64,000 bases of DNA from Myxococcota bacterium (lineage in GTDB: Bacteria; Myxococcota_A; UBA796; UBA2385), in contig JBIJDH010000011.1 in assembly GCA_044344255.1 (NCBI GenBank), positions 1 to 64,000 of the forward strand. Direction: 5' to 3'. Under the pieces are notes generated by a model. That model had not been told where the DNA came from and searched no databases. It saw nothing but the letters and a program-made list of their open reading frames with translations. This document shows positions 45,879 to 54,718 of the stretch, piece after piece; the first letter of the stretch is position 1, and every line of letters begins with the position of its first letter. Both the position numbers and the translations under genes were made by a program.

Positions 45879-46703
45879 GTGAGACTCGCCCGAGCCCCAG
45901 GCGCCCGCGTCTGGGGTTTTGGCGTTTTGGGGCTGCTCGGGGGCTCGGCCCTGGCCGCACCGACTCCCTCTACCTTGCTCGAAACAACGGTGGAGGTGCG
46001 GGTCAACGACCAGCGCTCCAAGCGGCTGCTCGAGCCGTGGATCACCGTCGAGCTGGAGAGCGGCGAGACGGTCGCCGCCCGCGCCCTCGACGACGGGACA
46101 GACCCGGGCGACCGCTTCGCGAACGACCGCATCTACATCGCGCGCCTGCGCTTCACCGGCCCCGGGAAGGGCCGGCTCTACCTCACCAACGGCGAGAAGC
46201 AGGTGGGCACCGACCTCTGGCTCGCCTCCCGAGCCGTCGAGGCCGTGCGCGGGCGGGCGGTGGCGGTGGAGCTCGCCGATCCCGCGGGGAGCGTCACCGC
46301 GCTCGCCTCCAGGCGGGTCCGCGCCCCCCAAGAGCCGGGCCCGGGCGGCCCCGAGGGTGGGCAGCCCAGCGGGCCCCCGCCGGGTGGGGCGCCGGGTGGG
46401 GCGCCGGGTGGGGCGCCGGGCGGCGACGGGGACGCCGACTCCCCCGTCGCTCGCGAGGCCCTCATCCGGCCCTCCTTCGTCCCGCTCGCCGATTGGCCAT
46501 GGGCGTGGATCGGCGCCCTGATCGCGGGGCCCCTCGGCCTGGTGTGGGTCGATCGACGCCTTCAGCGCCTCGGGCGGCTCCTCGTCGGGCGGCTGCTTCG
46601 GCTCGGCGACCAGCTCCGTGGGATGGCGAACGCGCGTCGCCCCCGCCGGACACTCTCCGCGCCGGCCCGAGTCCCGTCGGGCGCCCGGCCCGATCCCCGA
46701 TGA
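45879..46703 (+). CDS. Hypothetical exported protein with choice-of-anchor X-like motif, Pro/Gly linker and TM anchor
   Basis: Signal peptide; LDDGTDPGDRFANDRIY motif; WPWAWIGALIAGPLGLVWV TM segment. Confidence 0.55.
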   Translation: MRLARAPGARVWGFGVLGLLGGSALAAPTPSTLLETTVEVRVNDQRSKRLLEPWITVELESGETVAARALDDGTDPGDRFANDRIYIARLRFTGPGKGRLYLTNGEKQVGTDLWLASRAVEAVRGRAVAVELADPAGSVTALASRRVRAPQEPGPGGPEGGQPSGPPPGGAPGGAPGGAPGGDGDADSPVAREALIRPSFVPLADWPWAWIGALIAGPLGLVWVDRRLQRLGRLLVGRLLRLGDQLRGMANARRPRRTLSAPARVPSGARPDPR

Positions 46704-47011
46704 GCGCCACGCCCTTGATGCGCTGGGGCTTCGTCTTCCTGGCCTGCCCCGCGCCGCTCTCCGAAGACCAGAAGCAGGCCTTGGTGCGCCTCGCCGCGCA
46801 GGCCTGGTTCTCCGACCAGAGCCCCCTCCGCTTCGACTGGTCGGAGTGCACGGGAGAGCTGCGGGCCTCCTCGGACACCGTCTCCCTCGGCAGCTTCGTC
46901 GGCCAGCGCTTCGAGGCCGACGTCCACGTGCCCACGGGCTCCTTTCAGGTCGCCTTCCTCGTCGCCGAGGCGCAGCTCCGCGCCGCCTCCGGGCCCGTCG
47001 CCGAGGCCTGA
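46700..47011 (+). CDS. Hypothetical protein (103 aa)
   Basis: ATGA overlap with the upstream gene; GC-rich third positions; globular composition (C-terminal part of ORF 46037..47011). Confidence 0.65.
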   Translation: MSATPLMRWGFVFLACPAPLSEDQKQALVRLAAQAWFSDQSPLRFDWSECTGELRASSDTVSLGSFVGQRFEADVHVPTGSFQVAFLVAEAQLRAASGPVAEA

Positions 47012-47135
47012 TCCCCGGAAGGTCGGGCGCGTAGCGCGCTTCGCGGCACCGCGCAGGGTTGAACGCATCTCCGCATGGCGCGACCCTCGAGCGTGAGATA
47101 AAAGGGCCCCCTCAATCGCCCAGGAGGGCCCGGTC

Positions 47136-48332
47136 ATGTCCGATAACGCCGCTGGAAATGGTGCTGAGAAGGTCGATAAGCTCCTGTTCGAGATCCACGA
47201 GAGCCACCTGGACACTGGGCTCCGCGGCTTCCCGGTCAGCACGGTCTTCACCTCTGAGGTGAGCCCGCAAGACGGCCTCCACTACGTCGGCTACCCCATC
47301 GCCGACCTCGCGAACCTCGACCCCGAGGCCGCGGTCTTCCTCCTCTTCCACAAGCACCTCCCCTCGGCCGAGGAGCTCGCCACCTTCAAGGGCGAGCTCG
47401 TGCGGCGCGCGAAGGTCGATCCCCGCGTGATCGAGCTGCTGAAGGGCCTGCCGAAGGAGGGCCACCCGATGGAGTGGCTCATCAGCGGCCTCACCTTCCT
47501 CGGTATGCTCTGCAAGACGGGCAACTACCGCGAGGACGGCCTCAACGTCGTGGCGCAGATGCCCGAGGTGGTCGCCGCCATCTACCGCCTCCGCTCCGGC
47601 TGGGGCGAGCCCATCGAGAGCAAGCCCGAGCTCGGCCTGATGGAGAACTTCGTCCACATGATGGGCGTGCCGGGCGCCGATCCCGCCAAGCTCACCCGCC
47701 TCATGCGGGTCTTCTACGTGCTCCACATGGACCACGGCGGCGGCAACCTCTCCACCTTCGTCGGCAAGGCCGTGGCGTCGGGCAAGTCTGACACCTACGC
47801 CTCGCTCGGCGCCTCGATGGCCGGCCTCTACGGGCCGCTGCACGGTCGCGCCAACCAGGAGTGCCTCGAGTTCCTCGACCGCTGCGGCACCAACGACCCC
47901 GACGCCGTCGAGCAGTTCATCAAGGACGAGATGGCGGCCGGCCGCTCGATCTTCGGCTTCGGCCACGCCGTCCTCCGCGCGGAAGACCCGCGGGCCGGCG
48001 TCCAGTACAACCTCGGCGCCGAGATCTGCCCCGATGACTCGCTCTACCAGCGCGCCGTCATCATGCGCGAGCGGGCGGTCAAGGTGCTCAAGGCCAACCC
48101 GAAGGTCAAGAACCCCTACCCCAACGTCGACGCCGTCTCCGGCTCGCTCCTCCGCGCCACCGGCCTGCTCGACGCCGAGTACTACACGGTGCTCTTCGGC
48201 CTGTCCCGCTGCTCCGGCATCTCGGCGCAGATCGTAGACGAGCGCCTCGTGCACCGCGCCGGCAAGGGCGTGGCCATCTACCGGCCCGACGACATCCCCG
48301 TGAACCAGCCCCGGCGTCGCCTCCTCTCCTGA
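47136..48332 (+). CDS. gltA: Citrate synthase, eukaryotic-type motifs
   Basis: DHGGGN, GPLHGRANQE, GFGHAVLRAEDPR, KNPYPNVDAVSG, YYTVLFGLSR; upstream of sucCD. Confidence 0.9.
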   Translation: MSDNAAGNGAEKVDKLLFEIHESHLDTGLRGFPVSTVFTSEVSPQDGLHYVGYPIADLANLDPEAAVFLLFHKHLPSAEELATFKGELVRRAKVDPRVIELLKGLPKEGHPMEWLISGLTFLGMLCKTGNYREDGLNVVAQMPEVVAAIYRLRSGWGEPIESKPELGLMENFVHMMGVPGADPAKLTRLMRVFYVLHMDHGGGNLSTFVGKAVASGKSDTYASLGASMAGLYGPLHGRANQECLEFLDRCGTNDPDAVEQFIKDEMAAGRSIFGFGHAVLRAEDPRAGVQYNLGAEICPDDSLYQRAVIMRERAVKVLKANPKVKNPYPNVDAVSGSLLRATGLLDAEYYTVLFGLSRCSGISAQIVDERLVHRAGKGVAIYRPDDIPVNQPRRRLLS

Positions 48333-48420
48333 CGAGCGCCACCGAGGTCCATGATCCATCGGGGCTTCGTTTCGCGAGGCCCCGATTCTTTTCAGCGTCA
48401 CCGTTCAGGCGGAGGATTCG

Positions 48421-49653
48421 ATGAAGCTTCATGAATACCAGGCGAAGGACCTCCTTCGCCGATACGGGGTCACCGTCCCTCCCGGGAAGGCGGCCACGAC
48501 CATCGAGGCCGCGGTGGAGGCCGCCGCCGAGATGGGCGGCAACTTCTGGGTCGTCAAGGCCCAGGTGCACGCGGGGGGCCGCGGCAAGGGGCGCTTCAAG
48601 GAGGTCTCCTCCGAAGAGGTGCTCAACGCCGTGATCGCCGGCGAGGCCAAGGTGCCTGGCAAGGGCGGCGTCCAGCTCTGTAAGAGCCTCGACGACGTGC
48701 GCGCCGCCGCCACCACCATGCTCGGAAACACCCTCGTCACCAAGCAGACCGGCCTCGAGGGCGTGAAGGTGAAGACCATCTTCATCACCACCGGCGCCGA
48801 CATCGACCGCGAGATCTACGCGGCCCTCCTGCTCGACCGGCAGAAGTCCCGCATCGTGCTGATGGTCTCTTCGGAGGGTGGCACCGAGATCGAGGAGGTC
48901 GTCGCTCACAACCCCGACGCCATCCACAAGGTCTGGGCTGACCCCGTCACCGGCCTCGGCGGCTGGCAGGCGCGCGAGATCGCCTTCAAGCTCGGCCTCT
49001 CCGGGCGGGCCTTCAAGGAGGGCGTGGTCCTCTTCCAGAAGCTGTACGAGGCCTACCTCGGCACCGACGCCACCATGCTCGAGATCAACCCCCTCATCGT
49101 CACCCCCGACGGTGGTGTGGTGGCCCTCGACGCCAAGATGGAGATCGACGACAACGCCGCCTTCCGCCAGAAGGAGATCGTCTCCTGGTACGACTCCGGC
49201 GAGGATGACCCCGCCGAGGTCGAGGCCACCGCCTCGAACTTGAACTTCGTGAAGCTCGATGGCTCCATCGGCTGCATGGTCAACGGGGCCGGCCTCGCGA
49301 TGGCCACCATGGACATCATCAAGTTCTACGGCGGTGAGCCGGCGAACTTCCTCGATGTGGGCGGCGGCGCCAACAAGAACCAGGTCAAGGCCGCCTTCGG
49401 GATCATCTCGAAGGACCCGGCCGTGAAGTGCATCCTCGTCAACATCTTCGGCGGCATCATGAAGTGTGATGTCATCGCCGAGGGCATCATCGCGGCGGTC
49501 GGTGAGATCGGGCTCAAGCTCCCGCTCGTCGTCCGCCTCGAAGGCACGAACGTCGAGCTCGGCAAGAAGATGCTCGCCGAGAGCGGCCTCGCCATCATCC
49601 CCGCCGACTCGATGGCGGACGCGGCTGCGAAAGCCGTGGCTGCGGTCCAGTAG
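48421..49653 (+). CDS. sucC: Succinyl-CoA ligase beta subunit
   Basis: [53 protein letters not shown]. Confidence 0.98.
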   Translation: MKLHEYQAKDLLRRYGVTVPPGKAATTIEAAVEAAAEMGGNFWVVKAQVHAGGRGKGRFKEVSSEEVLNAVIAGEAKVPGKGGVQLCKSLDDVRAAATTMLGNTLVTKQTGLEGVKVKTIFITTGADIDREIYAALLLDRQKSRIVLMVSSEGGTEIEEVVAHNPDAIHKVWADPVTGLGGWQAREIAFKLGLSGRAFKEGVVLFQKLYEAYLGTDATMLEINPLIVTPDGGVVALDAKMEIDDNAAFRQKEIVSWYDSGEDDPAEVEATASNLNFVKLDGSIGCMVNGAGLAMATMDIIKFYGGEPANFLDVGGGANKNQVKAAFGIISKDPAVKCILVNIFGGIMKCDVIAEGIIAAVGEIGLKLPLVVRLEGTNVELGKKMLAESGLAIIPADSMADAAAKAVAAVQ

Positions 49654-49662
49654 GAGGACACC

Positions 49663-50541
49663 ATGGCTGTACTCGTCAACAACGACACCCGTCTCGTCTG
49701 TCAGGGCATCACCGGCGCCTCCGGGAGCTACCACGCGAGCGCCTGCAAGGCCTACGGCACGAAGCTCGTCGCCGGCGTGACCCCCGGCAAGGGCGGCACC
49801 ACCTTCGAGGGCACGGTCCCGGTGTTCAACACCGTGGCCGAGGCCGTCCGAGAGGCCGGCGCCAACGCCACCATGATCTTCGTGCCGCCTCCGGGCGCGG
49901 CCGACGCCATCTGTGAGGCCGCCGACGCAGGGATCTCCCTCATCGTCGCCATCACCGAGGGCATCCCGGCCAACGACATGGTGCGGGCCTGGCGCTACCT
50001 GCAGGGCAAGAACGTCCGCCTGATCGGCCCCAACTGCCCTGGCGTCATCACGCCCGGGCAGTGCAAGATTGGCATCATGCCCGGGCACATCCACAAGCCC
50101 GGCAGCATCGGCGTGGTGAGCCGCTCCGGCACGCTCACCTACGAGGCCGTGGGCCAGCTCTCGCGCCTCGGGCTCGGGCAGTCCACCTGCATCGGCATCG
50201 GCGGTGACCCCATCATCGGCACCAACCACACCGACGCCCTCCGCCTCTTCAACGAGGACCCCGAGACCGAGGCGATCATTATGATCGGCGAGATCGGGGG
50301 CTCGGCCGAGGAGGCCGCCTGCGCCTACGCCAAGGAGCATGTGCGCAAGCCCATCATCGGCTTCATCGCCGGCTCCACGGCCCCCCCAGGGCGCCGCATG
50401 GGCCACGCGGGCGCCATCATCAGCGGCGGTCAGGGCCGCGCTGAGGACAAGTTCCGGGCCATGGAGGAGGCCGGCGTGCACATCGTGCGCAGCCCCGCCG
50501 AGATGGGTCGGAGAATGGCCGAGGTCCTGGGCCGCCTCTGA
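49663..50541 (+). CDS. sucD: Succinyl-CoA ligase alpha subunit
   Basis: [27 protein letters not shown] (phospho-His). Confidence 0.98.
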   Translation: MAVLVNNDTRLVCQGITGASGSYHASACKAYGTKLVAGVTPGKGGTTFEGTVPVFNTVAEAVREAGANATMIFVPPPGAADAICEAADAGISLIVAITEGIPANDMVRAWRYLQGKNVRLIGPNCPGVITPGQCKIGIMPGHIHKPGSIGVVSRSGTLTYEAVGQLSRLGLGQSTCIGIGGDPIIGTNHTDALRLFNEDPETEAIIMIGEIGGSAEEAACAYAKEHVRKPIIGFIAGSTAPPGRRMGHAGAIISGGQGRAEDKFRAMEEAGVHIVRSPAEMGRRMAEVLGRL

Positions 50542-50567
50542 GCGGATCGAGGTAGGCGGGAGATGAG

Positions 50568-50598
50568 GCCCCGGGAGTCAACGGCTCCCGGGGCTTTG
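50568..50598 (+). terminator. Intrinsic terminator-like hairpin after sucD
   Basis: GCCCCGGGAG-tcaacgg-CTCCCGGGGC followed by TTTG; between convergent genes. Confidence 0.7.
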
Positions 50599-50678
50599 TC
50601 GTCGCTGAACTGTGCGGACGCCCACCCGAACCCGGGTGGCCTCACTGAACGAAACACCCGCCGAGCTCACTCACGTGC

Positions 50679-51596
50679 TCACCCACAGGCCGCGAAGGCT
50701 CTCCGCACCGCCACCTTGACCATCTGCCGCCTCCACGCGGCGTTGTGGAGGTGGGTGCCCAGCGGCCGCGCGGCGACCCAGGCCTTCTCCTCCACCTCCT
50801 CGGGGCTGTCGCCGTCCACCTCGATCGGCGCGGGGCCGAGGGCGGAGATCACAGCCCGGCCGCCCGCGCCCCGCCGCTGGACGGCGACCAGCACGGCGCC
50901 AAAGTCGATGGCGCCGCGGAGGCGGATCTTGTGGTGGACGACGGGGTCGGTGGGGGCAGGCAGGATGACGCGGGTGAGCAGCTCTCCCGGCCGGGTGCGG
51001 AGCCACTGCCGCCCGTCGGCGCCGTCGTAGAGCCAGGAGACGGGCAGCTCTCGGAGGCCCTCGGGCGAGGCCAGCTCCACCCGCGCGCCGTAGAGCCAGA
51101 GCGGGGGCACCGTGTCGGCGGAGTGCGCGGCGTAGCAGCCGTCCCCCGCGGGGGCCACGTGACAGACGCGGCCCTCACACTTGAGGCAGCCGCCGATCGA
51201 CTCTCGCCAGCCGTCGGGCTGGTTGTAGAAGACGCAGCGGGTGTCGAGCATCACGTTGCCGCCGAGGGTCGCGGTGCCCTGGAGGGTGCGCGTGGCCACG
51301 CTGGCCGCCGCGGCGGCGAGGGCGGGGTAACGGGCGCCCACCACGGGGTGTGCGCGCAGCTCGGCGAGGGTGACCGCGGCGCCGATGCGGAGGCCGCCCC
51401 CGCTCTCGACGACCCCGCGGAGCTCGCTCAACCTGCGCAGGGAGACGAGGGTGGAGGGCGCCTGCAGGCGGTGCTTCATCGCGGGCAGGAGGTCGGTGCC
51501 GCCTGCGAGGTAACGGGCCTGGGGATCGGCCCCCAGGGCCGCCGCGTCTTCGAGGCGGTCGGGGGCGGCGTAGGAGAAGCGCGGGAGGGTGAGCAT
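50679..51596 (-). CDS. FAD-binding subunit of xanthine-oxidase-family enzyme with 4Fe-4S insert (HcrB-like)
   Basis: LAGGTDLL, TLGGN, DTRCVFYNQ...GGCLKCEGRVCHVA...CYA; ATG at 51596 overlaps the upstream TGA (TGATG). Confidence 0.88.
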   Translation of the reverse strand: MLTLPRFSYAAPDRLEDAAALGADPQARYLAGGTDLLPAMKHRLQAPSTLVSLRRLSELRGVVESGGGLRIGAAVTLAELRAHPVVGARYPALAAAAASVATRTLQGTATLGGNVMLDTRCVFYNQPDGWRESIGGCLKCEGRVCHVAPAGDGCYAAHSADTVPPLWLYGARVELASPEGLRELPVSWLYDGADGRQWLRTRPGELLTRVILPAPTDPVVHHKIRLRGAIDFGAVLVAVQRRGAGGRAVISALGPAPIEVDGDSPEEVEEKAWVAARPLGTHLHNAAWRRQMVKVAVRRAFAACG

Positions 51597-53935
51597 CAGC
51601 GGGGCCCCTTCTGGCGCAGCGCGCGGAGCACCTTGTCGGGCGTGAAGGGGGGGCGGGCGAACCAGACCCCGGTGGCGTCGTGCAGCGCGTTGGCGATGGC
51701 CGGGACCGTGGAGAGCTGCGGCCCCTCGCCCACCTCCTTGGCGCCGAAGGGGCCCTCGCGGTCTCGCGACTCGACGAGGAAGACCTCGACGGGCGGCGAG
51801 TCGGCGGCGGTGGGGATGCGGTACTCGAGGATCGAGGGCGCCCGCAGCCGCCCCTCCCGGTACTCCTGCTCCTCGAGCAGGGCCTCCCCCACGCCCATGT
51901 AGACGCAGCCCTCGACCTGTCCGCGCGCGATCTCGGGGTGCAGAACCCGGCCGAGATCGTGGGCGCACCAGACGCGGTCGATGTGGACCTCCCCGGTGTC
52001 GGGGTCGACCGTGAGCTCCACCACCTGGGCGGTGAAGGAGTAGGCCGGCGAGGGGCCCACGCTCTGGCGGCGGAAGCGGCTGCCGATCTTCGGCGGGCGG
52101 TAGGAGCCGGTGGCGCCGATGGTGCCCTCGGCGGCCTCCACCTCGGCCACGAGGGTGAGCCAGCCCACCCCCTTCGTGTCGTCTCCCCGCAGCGAATACC
52201 GGCCGTCCCGGGCGACGACCTCGTCCTCCGGGCAGCCAAGCTGTCGGGCGGCGGCGGCGACAAAGCGCGCCCTCAAGCGATCTGCAGCGTGTAACGCCGC
52301 GTTACCCGCCATGAAGGTGACGCGGCTCGAGTAGGAGCCGAGGTCAACCGGCGTGAGGTCGGTGTCGGCCTCCACCACCGTGATGTCCTCGGGCTGGAGG
52401 CCGAGGCGCTCAGCGACCACCACCGCGAGCATGTGATTGCTGCCCTGCCCCACATCGGCGGTGCCCGAGAAGACCGTCACCCGCCCCGAGCGGTCGACCT
52501 TGATCTGCACGCCGGACTGCGGGAGCTCGTTGGCCGCCGGCGAGTGCAGCGCCCCGCACATATACGCGCTGGTCGCGAGGCCGATGCCGCGGAAGGGGCC
52601 GAGCTGGCCTCGCTTCTGGCGGTACCCGCTGGCCTCAACCACCCGGTCGATACACTCCTTCAGGCCGACGCTCGTGACCCGGAGGCCGTTGATGGTCTCG
52701 GTGTCGGGCTGCACGCAGCCCTGGAGGCGGACCTCCGCGGGGTCGAGGCCGAGGGCGTGGGCCATGCGGTCGAGGTGGACCTCGAGCGCGAAGCGGGGCT
52801 GGATCGCCCCGTGGCCCCGCTTGGGCCCGCATGGGGGGTGGTTGGTGTAGACCCGCGTGGCCTTGAAGCGGTAGTGGTCGAGCCGGTAGGGCAGGGTGCC
52901 GAAGACGCCGAGGTAGTAGCTCGTGACCACCCCGTAGCTCGCGTAGGCGCCCCCCTCGGCGAGGGCGACGAGGTCTACCGCCGTGATGCGCCCCTCCGCG
53001 GTCATGCCCATCTTCACGCGCATCCGCGTCGGGTGCCGCCCGCGGTGGGCGTAGAAGACCTCCTCCCGCTCCAGCTTGAAGCGGACCGGCCGCCCGAGGC
53101 GCCGCGCGAGGTAGGCGGCCAGCACGTCGGTGACGAAGGTGTCGCACTTCCCGCCGTAGCCGGCGCCCACCTCCGGCTTGATCACGCGGAGCTGAGACTC
53201 CGGCATCCCGAGCACCCGCGCCAGGGTGCGATGCATCGGGTGGGGGTTCTGCGTGCTCGACCAGACCGTGAGCCGCCCGCCCGGCCCCGGCGCGGCGAGG
53301 GCGGCGTGCGGCTCGAGCGGGACGTGGGTGGAGCCCGGATAGTGGTACTCCGCCTCGAGCACGAGGTGGGAGCTGGCGAAGGCGGCGTCGGGCTCCCCGA
53401 AGGACTGCTCCACCGAGCGCAGCACGTTGCTCTTCTTCCGCGCCTCGTCGTGGATGGCGCCCTGGCTCGGGTCGAGGGCGTCCTCAGCGGTGAAGATGGG
53501 GGGCAGGGGCTCGTAGACGACCCGGATCAGGCGCGTGGCGTCCCGCGCGATCTCCTCGGTCACCGCGGCCACGCAGGCCACCGGCTCGCCCACGTAGCGC
53601 ACCTTGCCGATGGCGAGGGCCGTCTCGTCTTGCATCACGGGGATGGCGCCGTAGCGCACCGGCAGGGACTCCCCCGTCACCACCGCGAGCACGCCGGGCA
53701 GCGCCAGAGCCGCCCGCGTGTCGACCGTGAGGATGCGCGCGTGGGGGTGCGGGGAGCGCAGGACCTTGGCGTGCGCGAGGCGCGGGAGCTCGATGTCTGC
53801 GGTGTAACGCGCGCTCCCGTCTACCCGACCCACGCCGTCGATGCGGCCCCTCCCGCCGCTGCCCACCACGCCGCCCTGGGCGGCCTCGGTGGCGTGGGTG
53901 TCGTCGGGCCCCATGAAGCCGGTGGTGTCGCTCAT
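51596..53935 (-). CDS. Molybdopterin-binding subunit of xanthine-oxidase family (HcrA-like)
   Basis: LRSPHPHARI, VRYVGEPVA, WSSTQ, GAGYGGK, KRGHG, DVGQGS, GSYSSR, GQVEG, GAKEVGEG. Confidence 0.92.
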   Translation of the reverse strand: MSDTTGFMGPDDTHATEAAQGGVVGSGGRGRIDGVGRVDGSARYTADIELPRLAHAKVLRSPHPHARILTVDTRAALALPGVLAVVTGESLPVRYGAIPVMQDETALAIGKVRYVGEPVACVAAVTEEIARDATRLIRVVYEPLPPIFTAEDALDPSQGAIHDEARKKSNVLRSVEQSFGEPDAAFASSHLVLEAEYHYPGSTHVPLEPHAALAAPGPGGRLTVWSSTQNPHPMHRTLARVLGMPESQLRVIKPEVGAGYGGKCDTFVTDVLAAYLARRLGRPVRFKLEREEVFYAHRGRHPTRMRVKMGMTAEGRITAVDLVALAEGGAYASYGVVTSYYLGVFGTLPYRLDHYRFKATRVYTNHPPCGPKRGHGAIQPRFALEVHLDRMAHALGLDPAEVRLQGCVQPDTETINGLRVTSVGLKECIDRVVEASGYRQKRGQLGPFRGIGLATSAYMCGALHSPAANELPQSGVQIKVDRSGRVTVFSGTADVGQGSNHMLAVVVAERLGLQPEDITVVEADTDLTPVDLGSYSSRVTFMAGNAALHAADRLRARFVAAAARQLGCPEDEVVARDGRYSLRGDDTKGVGWLTLVAEVEAAEGTIGATGSYRPPKIGSRFRRQSVGPSPAYSFTAQVVELTVDPDTGEVHIDRVWCAHDLGRVLHPEIARGQVEGCVYMGVGEALLEEQEYREGRLRAPSILEYRIPTAADSPPVEVFLVESRDREGPFGAKEVGEGPQLSTVPAIANALHDATGVWFARPPFTPDKVLRALRQKGPR

Positions 53936-53996
53936 CGCGGCCGCTTAACCCGGAGGCGGCGCGGGACGGCGAGCCGCTCCGACCACAGGAGGGTGA

Positions 53997-54692
53997 ATGC
54001 AGGCGGTCCTCTTCGATCTCGACGGCACCCTGATCGACTCCAGCGAGGCCATCGTCGCCGCGCTCGACGCCTCCTTGGACGAGCGCGGTCACCCGCCGGT
54101 GGCCCCCGAGGCGGGGCGGGCGCTCATCGGGCTGCCGCTGCTCGTGATGTTCCCCCGCCTCATCGAGACCCCGCTCGACGAGGCCGAGCTCCACGCCCTC
54201 ATCGAGGCCTATCGTCGCCACTACGTGCCCCTCGCCCACCGCCTCGAGCGCACCTTTGACGGTGTGCCCGCGCTGCTCCGGGCCCTGGTGCGGGCGGGTC
54301 GCCGCCTCGCCATCGTGACCAGCAAGGCCACCGCGGGGGCCGAGGCCGCCCTCGCCCGCGCCGGCCTCCGGGAGCACTTCGAGGTGGTGCTCGGCTACGA
54401 CGCTGTCACGCGGCCCAAGCCCGCGCCGGACCTCGCCCAGGCCGCCCTCGCCGCCCTCGGCCTGCCCCCAGACCGCGCGATCCTCGTGGGGGACACCGAC
54501 TACGACCTCGAGATGGGCGCGCGCGCCGGGGTCACCAGCGTCGGCGTCGGCTGGGGAGCCCACCCGCGGGAGCGGCTCGAGGCCGCGCGCCCCTCCGCCA
54601 TCGTCGATGATCTGCCGGCGCTGGCGCGTGTCCTCGGCCTCTCGACGGAGGATCTCGCGCCCTCTGAACGAGAGGGGAGCCCTACGAGATAG
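53997..54692 (+). CDS. HAD family hydrolase (phosphoglycolate phosphatase/PpaX-like)
   Basis: FDLDGTLIDS, IVTSK, PKPAP, VGDTDYD. Confidence 0.92.
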   Translation: MQAVLFDLDGTLIDSSEAIVAALDASLDERGHPPVAPEAGRALIGLPLLVMFPRLIETPLDEAELHALIEAYRRHYVPLAHRLERTFDGVPALLRALVRAGRRLAIVTSKATAGAEAALARAGLREHFEVVLGYDAVTRPKPAPDLAQAALAALGLPPDRAILVGDTDYDLEMGARAGVTSVGVGWGAHPRERLEAARPSAIVDDLPALARVLGLSTEDLAPSEREGSPTR

Positions 54693-54718
54693 GATGCCGA
54701 TCCCCTGGAGCTGGCCCC

